This document shows positions 24,393 to 32,000 of a DNA stretch of 32,000 bases, piece by piece. How positions within the stretch are numbered: the stretch's first letter is position 1; every line of letters begins with the position of its first letter. The stretch is from an uncultured Candidatus Saccharibacteria bacterium (GTDB lineage: Bacteria; Patescibacteriota; UBA1384; XYA2-FULL-43-10; 1-14-0-10-43-13). Under the pieces are notes generated by a model that was not told the origin of the DNA, searched no databases, and saw only the letters and a list, made by a program, of their open reading frames with translations. Made by a program: the position numbers and the translations under genes. The DNA is taken from positions 180,001 through 212,000 of the forward strand of contig CAZIYE010000001.1 of the NCBI GenBank assembly GCA_964543385.1, written 5' to 3'.

Positions 24393-27233
24393 TCATTGTA
24401 CTTTACATCTATAAATAAGCCTTACTGTTTCAGCCGATGGATCAAATTTCCATCTAACTTTTGGAAGAGCGGTTGTGTCATATTCTTTAATCAGAAGGGT
24501 ATTGAAATTATCTGGATCATTAATAGTGTTGCCATCGTAATTTGGTTCACATCTAGAAATAGTATATGTCTGGTCTTGAGTAGAGAGAATTTCATCTTCT
24601 ATAGTAGTGACCTGACCGAGATTAAGATTATGAGCCTCTATTTGCACTTCAATAATGTCATCTTTTTGCAAACCATAGGGGTTAAAACTAGCCGAACCAG
24701 CACGATCGACTGCAACTAATTGCTTTTTGATACCTGGAGATGATTTCGTTATTTGTCTAATGACCACTACTCCGCCGCCGCCGCCGCCGCTATAGCCAGA
24801 CCACGCGACTGCTCCACCATTACTTTTAACATTAGCATTCATATTCGTAATACCAGGTATTTTGATTAGCAAAATACCATTAGAGGAGTTGGCCCCACCA
24901 CCACCGTTAGCAGATGGCGGAATCAAGGTGCCATCATTATCAATACTTTCGATGAACTCAATAATTGCTGATCCACCTGCTCCGCCACCTCCCCCTGCCC
25001 CTTCATCACTACAACCAGTACAAGCAGTATTTGCGACATTACCATTAGTTATAATTTCAGAGCCAGATTTCATTGTAAAGCTATGAGATTTTATTCTTAC
25101 TCGACCGCCACCATTTGCACCATTTACACCTCTAAGGCCATCCTCGTAATACAAAGCTGCACCTCCTCCCGACCCAAAATCGAAGGTACTGTAGGTAGAA
25201 AGGTTATTCCAGGAGTTCTCAGTGATGTCCCAACCGTCTCCGCCCTTACCTGCATTGCCACCGCCCTGACCGGCAATCCTGGTTTCCCAACCATGATATT
25301 CTCCCCTGCCTCCATGCGGTCCATATCCGTCAAAATGCTGATCCGCATCGCTAACTCTGTATCCTGCTGGATAGCCTAAACCACTCAGATCAATTTTTGA
25401 GGTAGCATCCATAAAGAAATTTGTATCAGTAATCAAATCAACCTTTTTCCATCTGCCAGTACCAATACTATCATCTGCTATGGTTGTCGTAGTCTCAATC
25501 ATGGATGTAGACTCAGCATAGGTAGGAGCACTATGAGTCAAGCGAGCATTATTCTGCATAGATAAGGATTTGAGATGTCTCTTCGAATCACATGTTGCGT
25601 ATTTGGCTGAGATGCTCTCCCGGGAGTCATTAGCGAATAACCAACCTGATGCACTACCGTCAGGATTAACAATTTTATCACCGTTGCTTAGAGATACACA
25701 GTCTTCTCCAATAGCATGATTCACATCTTGAGGCGTTACATAATAGTATGTCTGATGGAGAGGACCACCAGAACCAAAAAGCATATACTCGCATTCATTA
25801 ATATGCCCGGCGGTGTGATCCTGATGATGAGAAAAGAAGCTGTAATATATAAAATTATTAATATTCCTTGTCGTTGGATTGGGACAAACCTTATGTGTAC
25901 CATCTTCCTGCCATACCTTTGTATAATCTGATTTGATTGTTTTGCCGCTTATTAGAACATCTTTATTAGCATCAATGTTATCGGTTCGCGTAACTTCACA
26001 TATATCAGGTATATAGTCGATAGGATCACTACTCAATATCCTACATATTTGCGCATAACCGGTTGCATCAATTCTTATCATGCCGCCGCCAGCAGAACCT
26101 GTTTCGTAATTACCTTCTCCACCATTTGCTTTGATATTCTGTAGTAAATTATTGATAGCGATAGTTGAAGAAAAAGCACCATCTTGCCCAGAATCGCCAT
26201 ACCCATTATCTACGCCAGCGATAACACTTGGACTGGAATAAGAATTATGCACTCTTGTATAAATTTTATTTACAGTAATATTAATAGATCCACCGGCACC
26301 TGGTCCACCAGTGACTCTGACGTCAGCGTGGTTATAGCTACTACCGTTTGCTTCAATTTTTGAGTCAGTATCAACGAATAAATTATCTGCTCTAAATATT
26401 ATAACTCCACCGCCAGCAGCACCTGCAGCAAATCTGCCTCTTGCATTTGCGGTGCCGCCGCCAGACCCGTGCATAACCGGATTATCAGCTACATCATATA
26501 TGGCTAGACTATTTGATGAATAATACTGAACACCCCCACTGTCGTGGCGGTATGCCCCTCTTCCACCTAATCCACCATGTGAACCACCACCACCACCCGA
26601 ATTAGCGCCGTCAATACCGTTACTATATACAGGAGCACCTGCCCCCGGACCCATTCCCCATGTATCAGTAGTTTGCCCCCCGGGAAATCCCTTAGCGTTT
26701 GTCTCAATCCGACCACCGTTTTCTAGCCTAACATTATTAGTAACAATAAAATGAACTTTTTTATTATCGCCAGAATCGCGTAAATATTGCAGATTTAGCC
26801 TATCATTATTAAAAGCCGTATCGATATCACCAGAAACAATAGAATCATGAGTCACTGAACCATTATTCTTGACAATCAGGTTACTTAATATATGCGGACC
26901 ACCGGCCATTATCAACGTTCCGCCATCAACTGTAATATCCTTGAAAGTATGAGTTCCTGATATCTTCAATGTTTTTCCAGTTGGAACAAGGACATCATGT
27001 CCCTCACAAATTATCTGATTCGCTAGATCGTATGTATGTGAATCGCCATTTTCAAAAACACATAAACCACCAGCATCTGGACCAAATGCCCTAGCACTAA
27101 AAGGATTTCTTGATATTATTATTTGGCTCAAGATTGCAACCAAAAGAAAACATGTCAAAATAGTTAAGATTCTAAGCTTATTTTTTCTGGCCATTATAGC
27201 CGAGATCGAAATTTTCGCCATATCCCCTCTCAT
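24393..27233 (-). CDS. Large glycine-rich, predicted beta-helical cell-surface protein
   Basis: N-terminal TM/signal, DVLVPTGKTLKISGTHTFKDITVDGGTL, repeated Gly-rich blocks followed by GGGVIIFRADN / GGGRVRIKSHS / GGGVVVIRQ. Confidence 0.8.
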   Translation of the reverse strand: MRGDMAKISISAIMARKNKLRILTILTCFLLVAILSQIIISRNPFSARAFGPDAGGLCVFENGDSHTYDLANQIICEGHDVLVPTGKTLKISGTHTFKDITVDGGTLIMAGGPHILSNLIVKNNGSVTHDSIVSGDIDTAFNNDRLNLQYLRDSGDNKKVHFIVTNNVRLENGGRIETNAKGFPGGQTTDTWGMGPGAGAPVYSNGIDGANSGGGGGSHGGLGGRGAYRHDSGGVQYYSSNSLAIYDVADNPVMHGSGGGTANARGRFAAGAAGGGVIIFRADNLFVDTDSKIEANGSSYNHADVRVTGGPGAGGSINITVNKIYTRVHNSYSSPSVIAGVDNGYGDSGQDGAFSSTIAINNLLQNIKANGGEGNYETGSAGGGMIRIDATGYAQICRILSSDPIDYIPDICEVTRTDNIDANKDVLISGKTIKSDYTKVWQEDGTHKVCPNPTTRNINNFIYYSFFSHHQDHTAGHINECEYMLFGSGGPLHQTYYYVTPQDVNHAIGEDCVSLSNGDKIVNPDGSASGWLFANDSRESISAKYATCDSKRHLKSLSMQNNARLTHSAPTYAESTSMIETTTTIADDSIGTGRWKKVDLITDTNFFMDATSKIDLSGLGYPAGYRVSDADQHFDGYGPHGGRGEYHGWETRIAGQGGGNAGKGGDGWDITENSWNNLSTYSTFDFGSGGGAALYYEDGLRGVNGANGGGRVRIKSHSFTMKSGSEIITNGNVANTACTGCSDEGAGGGGGAGGSAIIEFIESIDNDGTLIPPSANGGGGANSSNGILLIKIPGITNMNANVKSNGGAVAWSGYSGGGGGGVVVIRQITKSSPGIKKQLVAVDRAGSASFNPYGLQKDDIIEVQIEAHNLNLGQVTTIEDEILSTQDQTYTISRCEPNYDGNTINDPDNFNTLLIKEYDTTALPKVRWKFDPSAETVRLIYRCKVQ

Positions 27234-27288
27234 TTATATATATTAATGAGTCACGTACACAAACAAACAGCAAGAAATGCTTAAATCT

Positions 27289-27317
27289 ATTATAGATAAT
27301 TCTTTATGTCATGACAA
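27289..27317 (-). promoter_or_regulatory. Candidate sigma70-like promoter for the glycine-rich surface protein gene
   Basis: Minus strand TTGTCA (27317-27312), 17-nt spacer, TATAAT (27294-27289), ~50 nt upstream of the ORF. Confidence 0.6.
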
Positions 27318-27426
27318 TGCCTTGACTAAAAAGAAATCATTTCTTGAGTCTTACCTCATTGATCGAACAAGCAAAACCAAATCAGAAAATGAAATATACA
27401 TTTATCCACAGATATTATAGAATAAC

Positions 27427-27726
27427 TCAATTATAACAATATTTTTTATGCATCGATTTGGCTGTGATGATGCCGAGAGACAAACCAACCAATATGCCCA
27501 CGCCCATCCAAATCCAAGGGTGCTCTCTTGCGTATTTATCTACGTTCTCTCCTTTTTCGCGCACCTTTTTATAGATTTCTTTGCCTCGCTCTTTCATTGT
27601 TTGCCCATAATCATTAATTCGCTCACCGACATTGCTCATCTCTTGGTCACCAAAATCAACCAGCCTCTCTTCTAATTCCTTAATTTTTTTCTGAAGTCTG
27701 TCTTTTTCATTCATCTCAATTGTCAT
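27427..27726 (-). CDS. DUF883/ElaB-YqjD-like membrane-anchored protein
   Basis: Amphipathic helical region followed by EHPWIWMGVGILVGLSLGIITAK C-terminal TM anchor. Confidence 0.65.
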   Translation of the reverse strand: MTIEMNEKDRLQKKIKELEERLVDFGDQEMSNVGERINDYGQTMKERGKEIYKKVREKGENVDKYAREHPWIWMGVGILVGLSLGIITAKSMHKKYCYN

Positions 27727-27743
27727 AAAACTCCTTTTTAAAA

Positions 27744-27776
27744 ATAAAAATGACGACTATCATCGTAACAGTCATC
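27744..27776 (-). terminator. Terminator-like hairpin upstream of the DUF883-like gene
   Basis: Minus strand GATGACT-GTTACGATGAT-AGTCGTC then ATTTTTATTTTT. Confidence 0.45.
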
Positions 27777-27858
27777 AAATTCAAATTCTTTGGATTCATT
27801 GACAATCAGCAGAACACCTCAGATAATATTTCGTACCAAAATGATAATTTTACCGCGA

Positions 27859-28452
27859 CTAGTCACTTGGCGGAGGCGGCGGAGCAATAATGTCTTCTTG
27901 CACACTCGAGCTTAGAGTTGTTGTTGTCTTTTTACTAGTGGCAGCAGGTTTTGTTACCGGTGCTATAGTAGGTGTTGAAACAACAGTATTCGGCGTCTCC
28001 ACTTCAGCCGCCACAGGAGCTGACACAGGACAATTTGATTTATTATCTATAGCCAGTTGTTGTTTTTTATATTCTTCTTTTTGGCTAGTGATAATAGCTT
28101 GTTGATTTTTATATTCTTTATCCTTATCCAGGATCATATATATTAGAATGGCATTTCCGACCAACAATATAATGAATGCTATTGATATTAACACTTTAAA
28201 CACTCTTCTAACTTTGTTTGCTCGAAATTCTGAATCATTAGGAATAATATTCAACGATTCATCAATACTATGATCAGCTACAGGAATCTCATTTTGCGTT
28301 GAATTTATAGCCACAACGCCTTCCTGTATTTTATTATTATCTGTAAACGTAGAGATAGGGACTGATGGTAACGTTGTGCTATTATCGGGCACAATTTCCT
28401 GTTTACCATTTAAAACGCCTCCGGGGGTACTCTGAATTAAATTATTATCCAT
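27859..28452 (-). CDS. Membrane-anchored hypothetical protein with Thr/Pro-rich C-terminus
   Basis: Internal TM (VLISIAFIILLVGNAILIYMIL), coiled coil, low-complexity tail ending APPPPPSD. Confidence 0.65.
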   Translation of the reverse strand: MDNNLIQSTPGGVLNGKQEIVPDNSTTLPSVPISTFTDNNKIQEGVVAINSTQNEIPVADHSIDESLNIIPNDSEFRANKVRRVFKVLISIAFIILLVGNAILIYMILDKDKEYKNQQAIITSQKEEYKKQQLAIDNKSNCPVSAPVAAEVETPNTVVSTPTIAPVTKPAATSKKTTTTLSSSVQEDIIAPPPPPSD

Positions 28453-28473
28453 AAACCTACTTTTTTTACTATA

Positions 28474-31400
28474 TTATTTATTTAGTATAATACTACTGAC
28501 CTTATCACTCTTGATAATTATCCAAAAACCCCGAAAAGGATTAATAAATGTTTGTTTTGTCGAGCTTGTTCTATATTTGTCTGGATTTATAGCAATAAAC
28601 AAATATTTTGTTAAGCTTGCTTCCCAACTCCAGACATACCCAGCGACGTCTTTTGATGTGATAGCGCTTGCATATGACTTAGTCGAGCCATCTTTATATT
28701 TAACAACCAAATTAGACAGTGGCAGATTGGTTTGATAAGGATTGCCCAAAAGATTCCAACCCTTATTCACATTTCTCTCTGTCGATGAAGTCGGAACAGC
28801 GGCATAATTTATGCCTGTTATTTTGTTTGTGTCATCGATCTTTAGCCAATAACCCATTCCTGGTTCGAATGAGATGCTAGTGGTTTCCCCTTTCTGATAA
28901 CTATTACTTCCGACATCATATTTCCTGATTTTGAACGTATCAGGGAGTAAGCTTTTGTTAGTAATCCCAGCACTCAATTCTGGAAAAGAAACCATATTCC
29001 AACCCACCGAGAAATTATTCTTAAGGAGATCAAGATTACCAGAATCATCAATCGGGGCTAGGGGCGTACATGTATTTGAAGTATTGATCCAGTCACCCCA
29101 GGAACAAGTCGGGGCGTCACCTTTGGTCCTCGCTTGAATTATTGAGCCATTTTGGCCAGCAGGACAGGTCAATGCCTGGCTTTCGGTCAGCGGGGCTTCA
29201 CATATAGCTGGAGCTACAACTGGCACCTCGTTATAAAGATTTAGTATTTCTGTCTGATCTAAGGCTTGATTATAAATTCTCACATCATCAACAGTACCTT
29301 GGACGCCACTACCGATTATAAATCTCTGAGTATTAGATCCTACACTAGTAACAATATTGGAAGTTGAACTTTTAATTAGATTTCCATTAACAAAAAGTTT
29401 CACAAAATTACCACCCTTGTATTCTCCAACAACATGATACCACTGATTCTGTTCGATTGGGATTGAATTTGATGACCACAGAACTGAAGATCTAGTACCA
29501 TCACCAACAGAAAACACGAATTCCCCAGTGCCAGTTCCATTATAAGAATAATAGATTTCATAGCCCGCCCTTAAATTGCCCTCAGGATTGCCAGCAATAT
29601 AATAATTACCAGTCTTGAGACCTTGATTTAAATTAAGCCATCCAGAAATGGTAAATTCATCTGGATTGGCCATAAATTGATCATAGTCACATGATATCGC
29701 ATTGCTACCATCTGAGACACCAACGTCAAACAGAGCCGCTCCACTGAAATGACCGCCTATCGTCCATTTTGATTTGCTATAACATCCATTATTCCGACCA
29801 CTTTTATCGACAACATAAGTATCATTTTCACCATTAAGCTCCCAATGAGCTAACAGGTTGTCTATTTTGGTGGATACTTTTTGAGAAACGCTTCCAATTT
29901 GTACCGTGATTTCATAATCACCAGATTCACTACCGGCTGTAAACAAACCAGTATTAGAAATAGTGCCACCCGTTGCTGACCATACTGGAGCATCAACCGT
30001 TATGTCTGCATCATATTGATCTTTACCAGCGACGGCAAGTTGTAAAGTTTTTCCAGACAGGACAATTGGATTTTCTGGAGTCACAATTAGATTAGTTAAA
30101 GCTGACATGGAATCCTTAATCTCTGTAATTGTGTCATCGTTTTCTTTGATTAGATAGAAATTGCCTCCAACATTTACATTTGATGCCACAATATCCTTGT
30201 AATACGGAATTGTTATACGAACATTTTCCCGATTTTGTCTTGGGGAATGTGTATAAACTAGCCATTCCCTATTTCCATCTGAACCTTTTGTGAGAGCCAT
30301 AGAAAAAACTTTTATCTCAGCATTAGTAGTTGTATCGAAGGTCGTCGGATCCAAATCTGTATTCAAGAAAAACCAGCGCCCGATGCCATAGCGTGATTTA
30401 ATATCAGCATCTAAATAGCCGCTAGCGACTCCCGATCCAGCCTGATAAGGATGTTGACCGTTGGGATTTTCCACTAGATTGCCATTTTGCCAAAAATCAG
30501 TCAGCACTGGTTGCCTATGGACTCTGTCAACTGCATTCATGAGAGCATAGTAATAATCTTTTTGACTATCCCAGGTCTCCAAGTTATTTCGGAATTCTCT
30601 TACTGAGTATGGCCTCGTTAACCACATGCCATATTGAACCATACCAGCATAGCGCTCCGGAGACCAAGGATAACCAGTCAGAGCAAAAGCAGCTCTTTTA
30701 TCGCAACATTGAGATATGTTAGCCAGTGAAGAACAATACGTCGCTACATCGCAACTTGGCTCATAGCCATCCCAGGTAGAAAGCTCAAACAAAAAATCAG
30801 ATTTGCGTTGACGTGTTTCTTCATTCATAAAGACCCAGTTCATTGCCTCAAGCTGTGGACTGATCACACGCCAATCAGTGACATGTTCAAATGTTGCCAG
30901 ATAGTAATCCGGAGATGCTCCATCCCAAGCATATGGAAAAGCCGATGTCCGAGGCACTGTATCATTGTATTTCGCAAACAAGTCAGTTGGATTCGAATAG
31001 GTTGTAATAGTAGATGTTCCGGTATTCCAATTATTATCATTGAGTCTAAATGCCGACCATTGGAAAGCCCCAAAACCAACGAATTTTATATTTCTTTTCC
31101 AATAAGCATTTAGATCGTCACGCCAGCCCGAAAAAAGAGCACTGAATCTTTCTATGAAACCATCACCAACCAAACGATTACGATAATTTATTTTTTCAGC
31201 ATATGCCATTCCCGCTTCACTCGCGCTATGTAAATCAGTGTATCGCTTTGAAATATCTGCTGAAGATGCTCTCAAAAGAGACCCTTCGTTGTTACCTGCA
31301 ATGTAAATATCTGGAGGATCAGGATAAACCTCCTGGAAAAATTTCATTGCTTTGGTATTGGCTTTGTCGGCACCAAGTTGACGCCATAAATCAATTTGTG

Positions 31401-31923
31401 ATTGCGGCCCGAAAGCATCAACATAATCTGTAGTTTTCCCATCTTGTCCAATCACCGATGGATTAGAACTTTCCATTACAGACGATCCCGTGAAATTGCC
31501 GCTACCGTCTGTATCAATGGTTGAGAAAGGAGGTTTTAGAAAAGTAGCACTTTCCCATTGGGTCTCATTGAAAGTCAAAGGAAGATTGAGTGCTCTCGCT
31601 CTCAATATGTCCTTGATGTTGTAATTTGTTCCCGTCGGTTTATCAAAGACGAAGCCTGGAATGATGTGGTGACCACGATCGATAAGATCAATTTGTTGTT
31701 TCGAAAAAGTTGACGACCAGTGCTGCAAATATGGCAAAGGCCGACTTGAACCATCAACAACTATGACATCTGCTTTATTTTTGGGAATAAAGTATATAAA
31801 AATGCCAACAACAACCAAAAAAAGAGCAACGGATAAAAAAGCTGATACTTTTCTTTTCATAGCTTTATTGTAATACCAAAAAAGAACAATTGCTAGTATT
31901 GTCAAGCTTATCGCCTGAAACAC
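28474..31923 (-). CDS. Large secreted/surface protein with putative barrel-like N-terminal region, Ig-like segment and LamG/concanavalin-like domain (likely start at 31860, MKRKVSAFLSV)
   Basis: Signal/TM VSAFLSVALFLVVVGIFIYF; LAVAGKDQYDADITVDAPVWSATGG (Ig-like); HWELNGENDTYVVDKSGRNNG...FSGAALFDVG...YYHVVGEYKGGNFVKLFVNG...GTVDDVRIYNQALDQTEILNLYN (LamG-like). Confidence 0.85.
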   Translation of the reverse strand: MFQAISLTILAIVLFWYYNKAMKRKVSAFLSVALFLVVVGIFIYFIPKNKADVIVVDGSSRPLPYLQHWSSTFSKQQIDLIDRGHHIIPGFVFDKPTGTNYNIKDILRARALNLPLTFNETQWESATFLKPPFSTIDTDGSGNFTGSSVMESSNPSVIGQDGKTTDYVDAFGPQSQIDLWRQLGADKANTKAMKFFQEVYPDPPDIYIAGNNEGSLLRASSADISKRYTDLHSASEAGMAYAEKINYRNRLVGDGFIERFSALFSGWRDDLNAYWKRNIKFVGFGAFQWSAFRLNDNNWNTGTSTITTYSNPTDLFAKYNDTVPRTSAFPYAWDGASPDYYLATFEHVTDWRVISPQLEAMNWVFMNEETRQRKSDFLFELSTWDGYEPSCDVATYCSSLANISQCCDKRAAFALTGYPWSPERYAGMVQYGMWLTRPYSVREFRNNLETWDSQKDYYYALMNAVDRVHRQPVLTDFWQNGNLVENPNGQHPYQAGSGVASGYLDADIKSRYGIGRWFFLNTDLDPTTFDTTTNAEIKVFSMALTKGSDGNREWLVYTHSPRQNRENVRITIPYYKDIVASNVNVGGNFYLIKENDDTITEIKDSMSALTNLIVTPENPIVLSGKTLQLAVAGKDQYDADITVDAPVWSATGGTISNTGLFTAGSESGDYEITVQIGSVSQKVSTKIDNLLAHWELNGENDTYVVDKSGRNNGCYSKSKWTIGGHFSGAALFDVGVSDGSNAISCDYDQFMANPDEFTISGWLNLNQGLKTGNYYIAGNPEGNLRAGYEIYYSYNGTGTGEFVFSVGDGTRSSVLWSSNSIPIEQNQWYHVVGEYKGGNFVKLFVNGNLIKSSTSNIVTSVGSNTQRFIIGSGVQGTVDDVRIYNQALDQTEILNLYNEVPVVAPAICEAPLTESQALTCPAGQNGSIIQARTKGDAPTCSWGDWINTSNTCTPLAPIDDSGNLDLLKNNFSVGWNMVSFPELSAGITNKSLLPDTFKIRKYDVGSNSYQKGETTSISFEPGMGYWLKIDDTNKITGINYAAVPTSSTERNVNKGWNLLGNPYQTNLPLSNLVVKYKDGSTKSYASAITSKDVAGYVWSWEASLTKYLFIAINPDKYRTSSTKQTFINPFRGFWIIIKSDKVSSIILNK

Positions 31924-31977
31924 AACTGAAAATCACAAGATTATTAAAGATTCGTTTGATGTTGTATAAATAATAAA

Positions 31978-32000
31978 AAATCTAGTTTTAAACTAGATTT
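31978..32000 (-). terminator. Terminator-like palindrome at the right edge
   Basis: AAATCTAGTTT-T-AAACTAGATTT, followed on the minus strand by TTTATTATTT. Confidence 0.65.

Noticed and set aside
24309-24719. 136-aa + strand ORF, and the other + strand ORFs at 4498-4818, 12295-12657, 23311-23619, 23468-23788, 25083-25379, 30808-31113
   Set aside because: All overlap well-supported minus strand genes and show no protein-like motifs.
1-32000. Alternative genetic code with UGA recoded to Gly, as in some CPR lineages
   Set aside because: Standard-code ORFs give full-length recognisable proteins, and TGA is used as a stop, for example in the ATGA overlap at 19476-19479; this supports code 11.
1-32000. 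CRISPR array, transposase, integrase, toxin-antitoxin or restriction/defence genes
   Set aside because: No regularly spaced repeats and no recognisable motifs of these families were seen in any of the provided ORFs.

Overview
The window is an AT-rich bacterial segment in which every credible protein gene lies on the minus strand. The lineage looks Patescibacteria/CPR-like, which is inference only. Reading in the direction of transcription (right to left) it contains: (i) a block of predicted cell-surface proteins, including a 1149-aa LamG-type protein and a 946-aa glycine-rich protein; (ii) a type IV pilus / type II secretion-like assembly locus (PilN/PilO-like, PilB, PilT, PilC, PilD and eight prepilin-like proteins) with trpS, an RNase H gene and a DUF167 gene embedded in it; (iii) a housekeeping block ileS-rodA-rplU-secE-nusG-rplK. 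The main non-routine observations are: a candidate small RNA on the opposite (+) strand at the left edge (about 75-192) with its own promoter, a long hairpin with a C-rich anti-Shine-Dalgarno-like loop, and a strong terminator; a T-box-like structured leader with a terminator hairpin upstream of ileS; an exact 650-bp duplication covering a pilin gene and a truncated DUF167 gene whose pilin copies diverge abruptly only in the C-terminal ~27 codons; a 21-bp-stem intercistronic hairpin overlapping a pilin stop codon; and dispersed palindromic repeats, one of them abutting an apparently shortened surface-protein gene. Coordinates of palindromes, promoters and the 650-bp identity were read by eye from the sequence. 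Homology assignments rest on recognised motifs; no database search was run.
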